Shown one piece after another: positions 12,748-26,457 of a stretch of 64,000 bases of DNA. The position numbers were made by a program, and so were the translations under genes. The notes beneath the pieces were generated by a model, which worked only from the letters and a program-made list of their open reading frames with translations, searched no databases and was not told the origin of the DNA. Source of the DNA: Ramazzottius varieornatus (taxonomy: Eukaryota > Animalia > Tardigrada); assembly GCA_001949185.1 (NCBI GenBank), contig BDGG01000009.1, positions 62,001-126,000 of the forward strand, read 5' to 3'. How positions within the stretch are numbered: the first letter of the stretch is position 1; each line of letters begins with the position of its first letter.

Positions 12748-12890
12748 TTTGCCTTTCGACGATATGAATAGACCATTCTGGACAGATAAATTTGGCACAG
12801 CAAACAGATCAAAAAACCGGGCAAACAAAAACAGGACAAGTTAAATCAACCCTCTGTACAAACTGCAAACAAAAGTAGGGAACACTACAT

Positions 12891-15800
12891 CTAGAAGGTT
12901 TCTGGTTCGGAGAGCGGAATGGCGGTCTGGCGTAAAGGAGCTCTATGAGAATTCTTGGTCAACACAGTGGGACATTCGGAACTTTCGTGCTGGTCAAAGA
13001 CCTCGCACTCATCACAGTACTTCCTTCTGGCACGTGTCGTCTTTGGCTTGCGCTCTCGCTCGGGCGACTTCTGGTTGCGCTTCGGACAGGCTAGCGTGTC
13101 GTGAAGATCGAAGACTTCACATGCGCCGCAGTACAGCCGAATGGGTCGACGCTTTACAATACTGAAAAACAAATAAGATGAAATTCAAAACAATGATAAA
13201 ACAAACACAGAAAGTTCTGGATAACTTACAAGAATGTTTGACAGCAAAAGATGTAAGGTGAGAAAATTCGGAACGTCGGTAAACGAATCGTTTTACCAAG
13301 CGGTGCACGCTTTCAGTATAACTGGCGAAAAGCGTGCACCACTAAGGAAAACGATCTCGATGAATTCATTTGCCGACGTCCTATTTCTGGACCTTTTGTT
13401 GGAGTCTCTCGGTCACATCATTCTCACCTGACTGAATCTCCAGAGTCTTTGTTGGTAAGTTCTGCCACGGAAGCTGGAGGATGAGGAAACATCATTGTGC
13501 TTTGAGTAAGTTTGGTCTGAAGATCCAGGATCTTGTTCTGCTGGTCAGCTATCACAGAATTCAATATTTGAATCTGCAAAGTACGAGAAATTACACCGCT
13601 ACAATTCCTCACTGTGTTCCGAGCACTACACGATAGTATTGTATTGTATTGTATGGTATTGCAACGTGTTATATGGCCTTACTTGGAATTCGGCCTTATC
13701 GACGCCCGAATGGGATGTGGCCGAGGTAGCAACGGCTAGTTTCTGAATCTTTTCTCTGCGGAACTGTGCTTCACTCTGGAGAATCTTGTCTTTCATGAGA
13801 GCTAGCTCCGAGTCTTTCTCTTCCATGAGATGCATAGTCTCCAGTTTCATCTTGGATATCTCGCTATCCTTCTGCTGGACGAGCTGACGGTGCTGTTCCA
13901 CGTCGGACTTGACCTTCTCCAGTTCTTTCGACAACAGACTGTCCAACATCCTACGAGAAATAACAAAAAAATGAGCCACGGCAGCACCCGGCACACCGAA
14001 CAATTCCACATAAAACCCCAATTAGTCAAGCCAAATGGGAGCTCAGCAGGCAAGGTCACTTAGATCGTTTTCCCAACTGGCGCACACTTCCAGCCAATAT
14101 AATCAGGAACGTGCGCCACTTGAGAAAACACCTTGTCGAATTTGTTTCTCGAAGTGGCGCACGTTATCAGGGTCATTGGCTGGAATCGTGCGTCACTTGG
14201 GAAGACAATATGATCGAGTGCATTTGCCGAAGTTCCAAATAAGAATGCTGTGGAAGACAGGAGCAAAAACGAAAGAAGAAACGAGAGAAAGGTGAATCCA
14301 TACTCTTACCGTCGGTCGGTAGACATGTCCATTTCCATCTTGTCTCTGGACGCCACTTCGGCCATAGCCTGGTTCTTTTCCACCCTCAAACCACCCAGTT
14401 CCTTCTCCAAGCCTTTACATTTCTCCATCTCTTTTTCGAGCAATGCCGTCTTGACATCCAGTTCATTCTGTACCACCGCCATCCTCTCCATATTCTCGTT
14501 CAACTCAGCCTTCAGTCCTTCCACTTCCCCCTTCATGCCTGTCTCTGTTAAGTCTAGTCTTCTTACCAGGTTACTGTTTTGTTCTGTCAGCTGCCGTTGT
14601 TGGTTCTCTAGGTCGAGTACCGTCTTGTGGAGGGTGGCCAGAGCGTCGCGAAGTGTCGACTCGGAGTGCTTTGTTGTGGAGAGTTGCGTCCGTAACTGTG
14701 AGCATTCGTTTTGGGTGAGGGAAAATGTGGAGTTCTGCTTGGTGATTTCGTTCTCCAACTGGGAAAGTTTTTGAGGGAGGGGCTGCAGATCTTTCAGTCG
14801 CTCTTGAGCCACACGATACTCCTCTGCAATGCAAAACAACAATAACCACAGGGAGTAAAATGGGAGCTCGAAAAATCAACTTGACCAGATCGTTTTATAA
14901 GTGGCGCACACTTCCACCCAGTCTCACGGACAACGGGCGCCACTTGGGAAACGATCTGTCGAAAACTTTCAAGTAAACTGTTTGTAATATACCTGCATTC
15001 CAAGAAAAGATGAAGCTGGTTTTCAGAGATTCGTTTTTGTAAATTTTTACGAAATCGCTAAAATACCGAAAGGGGAGGTCTTACCTGTGAGTCGTCGGTG
15101 TTCGTCAAGCGTTCGTTGATGGACTTCGGCCAGTTTGTTCCTGGAGGTTTCGGCTTGCTGGAGCTGGCTACGGAGGTCAAAAACCTCCTTGGAGGACTCC
15201 TCGATCTTGTGGCGGTTGATGATACTCTCGGCTTCCAGCACCGAGATCTTGTGATGGAGCTCATCACGAACCGCCGACATCATTGAAGCGTGGTCGGCAA
15301 GCATCGAAGCCACTTGACTTTCCAAATCGACTACTTTCGTCGTCTACGAGCATGCACAGCTGAATACCAAAACCATTCACCAGCAAGAATTCGAAAACTC
15401 TTTCAAGAAAAAAATTTAGAAAAAAACTGGAGTTCGGCAAAAGAACTCGGCTAGAATAATTCACACTGAAAGTTCGCGCCACCTGGGCAAGCGACGAGAT
15501 CGTTTTTTCAAGTAGCGCATCCCTACGGCTGATAACATCGGAAACGTGCGCGCCTTGAAAACGATCTTACCGAGCTTGTTTCACGATCTCCCAACTGTTT
15601 TCGACAAAACAGATTTCAATTTGATCCTGCGGATCAGAGTTGGTGTGAAATAATTTACCAAAGCGTGTCTTTCGTTGTTGTGAGCGTTATTCTGGTCATC
15701 GAGTCTCAGCTGTGCCAGGGTGATCTGTTCGGCAAAGGCTGCGTTAGCCGTTTCCAGTTCGGACGACAGCAAAGAGATCTTCAACTCGGCGGCCTCCAAC

Positions 15801-18800
15801 TTAAATTTCAGATTACTTGCATTCCTAAAGGAACCACGCCCCTGACGATCGAGCATTACCAGATAAACAAAACAAATGCTGGTACCAGCTGTGCTTACTT
15901 GTTTTTCTCCTCGGCGTTAGATTTCAGCTTCTGGAATTCCTCCTGCAACGCCTGATACTTCTCTCTGACTTCTGCCAGTCCTTCATCCAAAGCCATCTTC
16001 TCATTCGTCAACTCTTCCCTTCGTTGGTTCACCGCGTCGATCTTATCTTGAAGAACGGCCACGGTGGAGGTGGCTTCGCTGTGGTCTTTTCTGATGCTGT
16101 CCAACTGTAACAAAAGGCTTACTTTTGTGCTCCGATCCACAAAACATCCATTGCGACGTCGGAAAACACAATTTTACACCAACGACAAGATGTTGCTAAC
16201 TTAATTGAAAGCATGCGCCACTTAGAAAAAACGTTCCTTTTCTCTTTCCAAGTGGCGCACGTTTTCGGCCAGTGGCACGGCAAACATGCACCACTTGAGG
16301 AAACGATCTTGCTGAGCTTGTTTTCCGAGCTTCTAATTATTTCTTGAAATTTTGCACCCACCTTGTTTCTCATTTCCTGGGTTTCTTTCCTCAGCGCTTC
16401 TACTTCGATATTCTTAACGGTCAACTGCGCATTGGCCGCTTCCAGTTTGCTGGACAGTTGGTCGCGCAGGCTGTCCACCTCAGCAGCTGTCGTGGCTGAT
16501 AGGACAGCAATCTTCTCTTGAAGTTGCTGACTCGTTTTGGAGAGCGCGTCACGCTCGGCAGTCAGGGCTTGCACTTGCTCATCTCGACGCATCTCCGCCT
16601 TCATCATCTGCTCGCCGAAGGCCCCTCTGGCTTGTTCCAGCTCCTGCATGAGTGACTGACAGCGGGCTTCGGCTTGCGATAACTTGGACCTGACGTCCCC
16701 CACATCTCTACAGCCGAACAGAAGAACAGTGCTACAAACTGTACTACAGTCAAATAGAAACCAGGGTTTTTTCCAAGAACGGACCAAGCCAGGAAATACC
16801 CGGTTTTTATTTGGCCAGCCAAATGTTAGTGCACGGTCGATATGAACAGGAACCGAGACCGACCTACACGTTGCCCAATGGATGAAGACTCAATTTCTAT
16901 TCTGGCGAACTCATGGAAGCTGAAATTTTCCATGAAAACCGGGCAAGAATTTTTCATCTTATGAAACTTTCACCTGTCTTTTTGTGAAGCTCCAGCGCGG
17001 AATTCTTCCAGTTCCTTACTTCTCTCGGCAAAAGCGACCGTGAGAGATTTGACTTCATTCTTCAGTCCATCGATCTTCCTGTAATGGAACACCCACAGTG
17101 ACAATCATCGCGCAAAATATCCCAGAAAAATAAGCATGAGAGATTGGTATACTCTTTTTGGTCGTTGACTTGGTCTGATAACTGTGCCTTCTCATCGCGT
17201 TCCTTGACAAAGTGCTTCTCGATCTGTTCGCGGGCGGCCTTTAACTCGGCGTCTTTGCCTTTGAGGACTTCGATGAAGCGGCCAATTTCCTTGTTCAGCT
17301 GCGCCTTCTCATTCTCCGCTGCTTCTAACTCGTCAGAGATATTGGCTAATTTTTTCTCTAACGTGTTAGCATGCGCCTCGAAGGACCGCTTCAAATTCTC
17401 CACCTATTCGACATCCAACACGAAATTCAGTTTTGTTCGAAATGCAGTAATGTGGGAAGTTGGCGAATGAATTCATCCAAATCGTTATCTCAAGTGGCGC
17501 ATCTCTTCGACGTGATTAGCTGCGAGCGTGCGCCATTTAGAAAAAACGATTCTGCTGAGATCCGTTTTTCAAGTGGCGCACGAATGCAGTGTTATTAGTG
17601 AACAGCGTGCGCCACTTGGGCAAACAATCTGCGTCAATTTATCTGCGGACGTCCCATTTTCTGTTTTTAAACTTACATCTAGGGAGTGGGTTCGGCGTGT
17701 TCGCTCCAGCTCGTCCTTGTGGAGGTTTGTCGCATTGGTTAACTCACTCTGTGATCGATCCAATAGTTCCTGATTCTCAGATTTTAGTCCAGATATCTCA
17801 ATAGTCAGTTCGGTGATTTGATATTGGCACGTTTCGATTTCCCTGTAGAAAATAGTAGAAATGGAGAATTATTCGTACTCCAAATCAGACTTTGCAGCTA
17901 TAAATTGAAATGCTTCCTTGATCAAAATACAAGGACGTATTTCAAGGTCAATCCGATATTACATGTTCATGGCCAAAACACCCTTTGTAACGCTTGGAAA
18001 CACTAATTTTGATAGTATTAATTCTTTCCCAAAACAAAATCCAGTCGGAATACAGTAAATATTCAACACGTGCTCCCACGACGAACAGATGGGTTGCTTG
18101 CTCCTCCAGAATGGAAACAATTATTCCAAAGATGTACGTGGGAGTTCGGCGGACAAGCTAACCAGAATGCTTTACGAAGTAGCGCAAGTTTCCAGTATAA
18201 TTGCTTGGAAGGGAGCGCCACTTGAAAAAGCTGAGGAATTGAAAGTGATCACAAACCTTATTTTTTCGTCGAGGACCGATCTTATCTTGCTCATATCGTC
18301 ATCGGCGACGTTCTCAGCTCCGCTCTGTACAGTAGTGAGACTCCGCTGTAGGTCTTGGATGGTGCTTTGCGATCTTTCATTCAAGCTTCTCAGCGACTGG
18401 ACTTCATCCTGTAGGCTTCCGGTCCTCTCGGCGGCCTCATTCTTCATCTTGGTGAAGATTCGTACTATGGCGGGTATTTCTTCATCGAAAGACTGCGGTT
18501 CAGGTAGGCCCTGCGAGTACTCGCGCAGAACTTCTTCCAAAGCTCTTCCGCGCGCCTCCAACTGCTGTTGAATTTGCTCGGAATGAGCGCGAAGTTGCTC
18601 CGCTTCGGAAAGACGTTTGATCAGAAACCTGATAAAAAACGAAAAGTCCGAGTCATTTCTGTTCCAGTCATTTTCCAATCGAAACATCCACTACAGAGAA
18701 CCCCAAAGTACTTTTTTGGAAGAAGATGAAATTGAGAGAAGAAGGGGAATCGTGTTTGGATCTTCCACACGTTAAAAGTGCCTGCTAAATCAATCATCAA

Positions 18801-21800
18801 ATCATAAAGCTTCCAAAATCAAAATATGTTCATGCACAGAAAACCAAAACCACGAACATTCGATAACTTAACCGCAGAAGCTTTCCTGCGTGTTTAAAGG
18901 CGAGACATTGATCACGAAAGCGGTAGAATGAAGCGATCAAGAAAAAAGCAGACTTACTGATTGGCTTCATCGGCGCGCTGTCTGTGTAAATCGTTTACCC
19001 GTCGAAGTTCCGTCACCAGCTCTTCTCCTCCTCGGTCGTTCTGGATGCCAGCTTCTGCTAACTCAAACCGAAGTCTTTCTATCTCGTCGTGATACTGTAA
19101 CGATCAGTAAAGAACCGTGCTAATTCCAAAGCTGACTTGCCGGTGACTATGACGGCAAACACAAAAGAAACTACAGCTACCTTGGCCATCTCGCTCTTCA
19201 TGTTACTCTCGTTGACGATCTTCTCCTGCAGCTGTTCCTGCAATGCGTGGATATCCATGCGGCTCTTCTCCGTCAAATCCCGTAGCTGCCTGCTCAAGTC
19301 GGCCACTTCGAAAGCTATCCTATCCCGATCGTCGGCAATCTCGGCAGTCTGGAATTTCGTCCCATCAGCCGCACTGCGCCACCTATCAAATACCAAAACA
19401 GACATCCGACACCGAAGTATAACAGTGAGCTCACTTTGTCCTTTGTTGTGATACTCGTATGTTCTATTTCTCGCACTGATACCTGTCGACTTCCTCCTCT
19501 TTCTGCATGAGAGTGTTCTTCAGCGAGTCGGTTTGTGCATTTGAGTTATCGATCTGCGACTTCAAGGCCATGATCTCCCTGTTCTTCTCTTCCAGGACCT
19601 TCCTAACCAGATCATCGTCGGTCCCCGCTTCCTTGGCCATCTCTTCCTCCTCCAGTCGGAACTGCAGATCCTCTACCCGTCGCCGCTCTTCTTCGTGCAG
19701 ATCTCTCAGCTGCCTCTTCTCTTCTTCCAGCCTTCTCACCTGAAAAGATGCATATCCTCCATTCACTCTACGTTCATTTCACGAGATTTGGTCTTTTATC
19801 CAGATTTCATATTTACCCGGAAAATATTCTCAGAACAATAGCTCATTTATTCTGCCAAAATTTTGCTGCAATGTTTTACTCACCGTTTCTTGGAGTTCAC
19901 TTATGCGTTCTTCCTGGGCTGACAGTGCTCCCATATACTGCTCCTGTAACTTCTGAATCTCACTGTGGACATCGCGTTCCTGGCTAGACTTAGCCTCCAA
20001 TTCTTTCCTGGCCAAATCTCGTTCTTTGATCAATGTTGCAATCCTTCAAAGATGACCAAAAAATCCATCTTCGAAATTCCAATAGCAATTCGAGACGTCG
20101 GTAAATAAATGTAAAGTGATCGAAATCTCAAGTGGCGCACATTTTCGTTGATCTAAAAGATAGTGTGCGTCACTGGGAGAACGAACATACTCAAGTCATT
20201 TGCCAACGTCCGATTTTACGAAAACCATATTGCTGCTCTTACACATTGTCTTTCTCCTGGTGAGCTCGCTGAATATCCCCCGGTGTACCCGTACCGGTAC
20301 GACTGACCAACAACGTCGAAGGACTGTAGGGTGTCATACCCGGTCGGACCGCGCCGGATCGACGCGACATGGTCGATTGTACAGAGAAGTTAGAGACCAT
20401 CGACTCTTGCGAAGGACTACGCTTGAGACGTGTAGGAGTGTTATACGAAGACGGCTGACTACTGCCAGCTGGTAAAGGCACTTTAGACAGCTTGGCGATG
20501 GCGGCAAAAACACCATGGTTGGGCGGACAGGTGAAATACCTGCAAATGATACATCCAAGTAGAAGCCAGGTAAGCTTCAATGACGAGCCAGGTTGAAATT
20601 GCCTGATTTCTACTTTAACGGGCTGTAGTTCGGACAAGTTCCCCGAAAAACCTGAATTTCAGGGTTTCTCTAACGAAACATAATCACTCCGTAATTTCAC
20701 TTGACGTCAGACTACTTTCAAGTACAGACGATCATTACGATTGATGCTTTAGGTTTTTTTCTCAAATTTCATCAATACCGGCAGTTCGGCAAACGAGCTG
20801 GACAAGAATGTTTCTTTCAAGTGGCGCGCAATTACAAGCAATAACGCAGGTAATCTACGCCACTGGAAAAGCATTGATACTCGAAAAGATCTTTTGACCA
20901 AGTGGCTCATGTTTCCAGCCGATAACACAAGAAACGTGCGTCAGTTGGGAGAACGATCTTTTCGAGTCTGCTTGCCGACCTCTGCATGACATTTCGAAAG
21001 GGATTAAGTAAAACCCACCTTTGACCGTCGACACTTCCATCGTTCTTGCCTTTGGCTTCATCCAGTTCAACTCCGGCCCAGATACCATCCTGAAAGTGCG
21101 TGGAACCGAGGAAGCGGACGATACCTGATCGATCGCCAGCTAGGAAGACACGCTGGCCCACTTTGAATCCGGCAGCATCGGGCGTCATTGCACCTGCTAT
21201 TAATACTCACGATGAATGATAGGAAAACACGGAAAGCAAAAGCAAAAATCGATCGGTTTGATAGCTTACCGTCTTGATGTGTGGTCGGTTCACTGCTTTT
21301 ATTAGCCTCCGTAATGTTACTAATCCTCCTCACAGGTGCTCCAAACTCGTTCGAAGCTTGTGAGGCTAGCGAAGCCAGCGAGCCTGCCGCAGACATTTTA
21401 GCATTCTTGACCGCTTCAATCTCTTCTTTGCTGAGTGGCACTCGTGATAAACGATGCAATCTTTAACCACAGGAGAACATAATTGACTGTTCGAATAAAT
21501 GATTCATGAGAAGACGTACACTACAGCAAACGAAATGTACAAGATCGTCGTTTCAAGTGGCGCATGTGTCCGTTCTTATTATCTGGGGGCGTGCGCCGCT
21601 TGAGGTGACATTATGGCACACGTTTCGTTTGGCGGCCTCCCATCTAGTCATCCGGAATTACGGGGACTACCCCGCAAACGAACGCATTGAAGAGGGGACT
21701 TAGGTAGGAATATCGCTAGACGGATCCATACCTGACAAAAACTCCACGGTTAGTTTCGCACTGGAAATATCGGACACCGTTGACGGATCCATCGTTCTTC

Positions 21801-22352
21801 CCACTGGCGTCGTCCAAGACCACTCCCGCCCATTCGCCTGCAGCGAACTTGGTCTCTCCGATGAACTGAATCTTTCCACCTTTTGTCCCGTTCACCCAAA
21901 CACGGTCTCCCACCATGAAATTTTCCGTATCCTCCGTGAAATGAATCGAGCCTGGAAGAAGAATAAACCGAAAATCAAATATACGGGCAGGGCCGTGCCC
22001 AAGATACAGACAGATGAAGTCACGGCTGTGCTGTGCACATTGCACCAGGTCGCACTTGGCATGCGCAGTACATTCACCGTGGATATCCAGGCATTGTGCG
22101 CGATGCGTACTCCGTATGCAGGTGGATAATGCCACGGAATTCGGAAAAATATTCCGACGTGTACATCCTCAATTTACAAAGTTCTGGATTCTCGTGTCCT
22201 CAAACTGACTTACCCGATTTTTTGAGAGGACTAGGAGTGGGAGCAGGTGTCCCACGAGGAGTGGAAGGCGTGATGGAAGGAGTGATGGTGCGGGAGATGG
22301 CTGTACTCGGAACGCCAGCTGGCACGACGTTTGGCTTTGGCGTTTGGCTCAT
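12891..22352 (-). CDS. CLIP1: CAP-Gly domain-containing linker protein (CLIP-170/CLIP-190)
   Basis: Two CAP-Gly domains ([27 protein letters not shown]; [25 protein letters not shown]), Ser-rich linker, long multi-exon coiled coil, two CCHC knuckles ([16 protein letters not shown]; [16 protein letters not shown]) and C-terminal ETF. Confidence 0.92.
13637..13661. repeat. (GTATT)n microsatellite in a CLIP1 intron
   Basis: gtattgtattgtattgtatggtatt. Confidence 0.8.
14038..14237. repeat. Intronic palindromic element dimer (CLIP1); further CLIP1 copies near 13297, 14898, 15508, 16249, 17491, 17570, 18176, 20129, 20818, 20898, 21554
   Basis: Cores at 14074 and 14151, 77-bp period. Confidence 0.85.
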
Positions 22353-22787
22353 GGCTACCTAGGACGATAACGACGACGCGCGTTCCCTGCCTATGGATCG
22401 ACGTTCAGCAGTGGAATACAAGATGGGAAAGAACCCACACGGTAAGCGTTTAGTAACTTTGATCAGAAAAAGGATGTAGCAGTATCAAATGAAGATATGA
22501 AGATATGGTTGTCGGTAAGCTGGTTCGGACGGAAGGCTTGCGCTTGATCGCCAGTCTTCTTATCCTCTCAACCGACGAAAGCCTTCTGTTCGCTCACAGA
22601 GATGTTCTTCTTCCGAAGGATAAGCATTCTTAAGAAACTTTCCTCCAAGAAAACCAGAAAACTCAACTTTGAATTTTGGAATCGAAAATTGAGCTCATTG
22701 AATTCTGCACCGTTCGACTTGCGAATTCAAACTAAGGGGACGGCCTGCCATAAGTCGACTCATGACGTAAGCGCGGAAACCTTGCTG

Positions 22788-23326
22788 ACGAGGGGATTAT
22801 GCCTGTCCCCACCTCTTTTTGGTCAAACTGTCCTGGCGGAACGAGAGAGGAGAGTCTCTTCTAGGATCTGAGCCAGTGAGTTAAATCCCGCGTCGATCCT
22901 GGAACAAACTACAGGGACTCGGAAGTGAAAGTCCATTGACCGCTCCAGTATACCGCGATGACGTAAAGCTCTTTGATTGGGAGTGTTGATTGAAGACATT
23001 GCAAACTCAGCTGATCACCAGGATGGCCGAACAGCGTGCCAGCACTAGCTGAAGATGCCCGATAGCATACTATCGGGTTCCAATCTCACGGAACAGCTGA
23101 TCGGCTGAATTGCAATCTGTTAAATCAACACTCTCAATCAAAGAGCTTTACGTCATCGCGGTATACTGGAGCGGTCAATGGACTTTCACTTCCGAGTCCC
23201 TGTAGTTTTTTCCAGGATCGACGCGGGATTTAGCTCACTGGCTCAGATCCTAGAAGAGACTCTCCTCTCTCGTTCCGCCAGGACAGTTTGACCAAAAAGA
23301 GGTAGGGACAGGCATAATCCCCTCGT
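22788..23326. mobile_element. Foldback element / long inverted repeat (arms ~228 bp, ~80-bp loop with inner hairpin)
   Basis: acgaggggattatgcctgtcccc... is inverted as ...gggacaggcataatcccctcgt, near-perfect over ~200 bp; loop contains cccgatagcatactatcggg. Confidence 0.85.
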
Positions 23327-23501
23327 GAGGAAAAAACTGGCATCCCGTTTCACGTGCGAAGTTAATTTTTTTTTCGATGTCCCAAACGAGAATACATTGA
23401 GGTGGTTTGTCACAGATGTGGCTGTGATTCATTTCAAATTCTTGCTGCTATCTTGAAATAAATAACCCACTACCCGTGGGCGCCAAGAGCCAAACACTGT
23501 A

Positions 23502-23657
23502 CGAGGGCAAAGTTGTAAAGTAACCCGGCGTAGGCCGAGGTTGTAAAGTTAGTCGCATCTTATAAAGCGTTGGCCTTTTGTTGGCCTACTGCACATCTTC
23601 GGGTGGCTGACTTTACAACTCCGGCGCCATCGGGCTAACTTTACAACTTTTCCCTCG
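23502..23657. mobile_element. mariner-type MITE (TIR CGAGGGNAAAGTTGTAAAGT), TA TSD
   Basis: TA|cgagggcaaagttgtaaagt ... actttacaacttttccctcg|TA, with an internal second copy of gttgtaaagt / actttacaac. Confidence 0.85.
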
Positions 23658-24081
23658 TAGCCAAGTTCAACGAGCGTCGAGCACCGATAGCTGCGGTGAT
23701 AAGACCCATATTCTATAACTTACCGACTTTCGTGTTATGATATATCGCATTCTTGGATCATTCTTTTTATTTGCCGTCTATCAACACATTATTTATCGAT
23801 AGCATACCGTATCATTGGACGTTTTGCTGAACTTGACACCCTGTTATTACACCCTTTCCCCTTCGCAATCAACACGATTACGATTAATTCCATGTTGATT
23901 AGACCTTATTACAGTCGCACAAGTTGGAAATAGAAGTTTGGCACGTTACAACCAAGACTGAAGATTTTGTGTCAAGCGTCGGTATATTTCCGCATGGGGG
24001 GGTAAAAGAGCTCAATAATCATAAGGCACCAATGATGTTGTGAAGTGTACGTAGCGGGAACATTCGCAACAATTAACTGTA

Positions 24082-24229
24082 CGAGGGAAAAGTTGTAAAG
24101 TTCCCCGACGTAAGTAGAGTTAGCCGCATCTTATAAAGCGTAGGCGTTTAGATGGTCCACTCCTAATATTCGGTGGCTCACTTTACAACTCCGGCACCAC
24201 CCGGCTAACTTTATGACTTTTCCGTTTCG
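24082..24229. mobile_element. Diverged second copy of the 23502 MITE
   Basis: TA|cgagggaaaagttgtaaagt..cgcatcttataaagcg..ctttacaactccggc..ctaactttatgacttttcc. Confidence 0.75.
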
Positions 24230-24521
24230 ATACTGTATGATAACTCATGGATAACACGCGACAGTTCATTGCGACTAATTCTGTTGTTTCTCGCTGCAAG
24301 GCTTAATTACATATCATTGGCATTTCGAAAAAATCACATTTCTCAGTGTTACGACTTCGACGTTCTAGACGTGTAACGCATAAAAAAAACATATAAAAGC
24401 AAGAGTGCATTTGACAGAAAAATCTGTCACTGTGTCGCTAGCTCTTTTTCATAAAGCTTTGCGTTCGCAATTACCGGAAGAACTTCCTCTTTATATTTTC
24501 TGAAATTTGTGTTCTGTTTGG

Positions 24522-26170
24522 ATGATGAAGGTCGTCGTCGCTTTCGTGTTCCTGTTTGGACTCATTGCATGGGTAAGTAAAATTTCTGATTGGATTTGCT
24601 TCGAACGACATTTTTATCGGGCTCTTTTTTAACCCCGACTTCTGTTTTACCAGGCTGAGGGTTTTGCCAATGGCGGCACCGGTAGGGGCCAAGTTTTTAG
24701 GAGGAAGATGCCAGGATCCGGTGGATCTAACCTAGTCATCACCAGCAAGGTCATGAAGGGCCGTCAACGCCGTCAAGCTGCAGAATCGTCCGACGCGGCG
24801 TCCACCACCATGACTGCCGGCACTGAGAACTCCTCGGCCAGCGCCAGCTCTTCCGAACAGGGACAAAGCCAGGGTGGTGCCAGCGGCAACCAAGGCGGTT
24901 CTCAAGAGAGTCTCTTGTCCGAACAAGAAGCTGCCTCGACCACCGGAGCTTCAACAGGCACTGAGGACCACAGCGCGTCGACGACAGAAGCTTCGTCTGG
25001 CAGTGAAGACCAGAGCGCTTCCACAACCCAGGCTTCAGCGGAAGTAAGCCAAGCCTCCGACCAAAGCCAGGCCAATACCAATGACCAAGAAACCCGTGCA
25101 TCCAGTCGCGCGCTGGATTCCAACTCCAAATCAGCTGCCTCCCAGCGCAAAGTCCAACCCAAGGCTTCTTCACAAAGCCAAAAGTCCGCTTCTTCGTTGA
25201 GGTCTTCTTCTTCGAAGTCTAGCCAACAGGCCAGCAGCGGTAGCCAGCAAGTTTCAGCTCTGCCAGCCATCCAGTATCCCAACGCAAACTACGAAGACAG
25301 TGGACCGGCACCTGCTCAGGCAGATCTTCTTGACGCTCTGGACAGACTGCGAGGAAAGTCCGCACCCGCTGCCAATGCTGATTTGACCGAGTTGTTGGCT
25401 AGTGCTGTCCCAGGCAAGGACTTCCCCAATCTGGCCGAGATCCCAGAAGCCGGCGCCAACTATTGCTCGACCGTGCAGCAAGCGGGATTCTACGCTGATG
25501 AAAGGACCGATTGCCAAGGTACGCCAAATATTTTCATAACCGCAGGTTTCCGTGTCCGAAGAAGAGTTTTGTAATAAGGTTGCACTTTCTTCTACAGTTA
25601 TCCGTCGATGTGACGTCAACGGTCTGCTAACCTCCTATCTCTGCCCCAACTTGACTCGCTTCAACCAGATCATGCTGATCTGCGACTGGTTCTGGAATGT
25701 TGACTGCAGCCAGTACGTATGACTTCGTTTCATAAACTGGGAGCTGGGCAAACCCGCTCGACTCGATCCTATTCACAAGTGGCGCACCTTCTCGTTGTTG
25801 TTGGCTGGAAATGTGCGCCACTTGGAAAAACGGTGTGTTTGCCGAGCTTCTAATCACAGATTTGCTCGCATGAATCAACAGAAACTGAATCTTGCTCTTT
25901 TGCCACAGATCCAAGCAGTTCGCCGACTTCTCCAACAGCCGTCTCTACCACGCCTCATGGGCTTTCCTGGACACACCCGCTGCCCGACAAGACGCCGCTG
26001 CTGCCTCTGAATCCTCTGGTTCTGCCGATCAGTCCGCCAGCCAGGCTGTGACCGCCCAAAAGACCGCTCCAGCCACCGCTACATCTGCAGGTTCGCGCGG
26101 CAGCAGCATTCGTTCGAGCAGCTCCAAGTCCAGCAGCCAACGCAGCTCGTCTTCGAACACGCAAGCCTAA
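24522..26170 (+). CDS. Secreted Ser/Gln/Ala-rich protein with a chitin-binding type-2 (CBM14/peritrophin-A) domain
   Basis: Signal peptide MMKVVVAFVFLFGLIAWAEG; low-complexity region; PGKDFP..YCSTVQQAGFYADERTDCQVIRRC..SYLCPNLTRFNQIMLICDWFWNVDC (6 Cys); 4 exons. Confidence 0.85.
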
Positions 26171-26457
26171 GGATTTACTATCCAACAGCTCGTACACGAA
26201 ACTTGCGCTGTAATCAGGCAGTATTTTTTTCATAGTGCTTTATTTTTGCACAATGTGACGACGATCCATCACATCAGTCCATTGTCACCACGTCCCAAGT
26301 AACGCCAGTCAATATTTCTAACCATTCTTTTTTTGTACTCTTCTCTGCTAACTGATACATTTCTACCGCTTGTGCCGTTGGTTCTTTCTTCAAACCAAAA
26401 TACCTGATTATTGTAATAAATCTCCTGTTTCCTGAAACAAGGATAAAGGTTTGAAGC

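Noticed and set aside
14250-19743. Long Ser/Phe/Leu-rich plus-strand ORFs
   Set aside because: Antisense to CLIP1 coiled-coil exons.
12891-22352. Palindrome family as intron-creating Introner elements
   Set aside because: Units lie inside introns with unrelated flanking intron sequence and do not supply the splice sites; intron ends are not homologous to each other.
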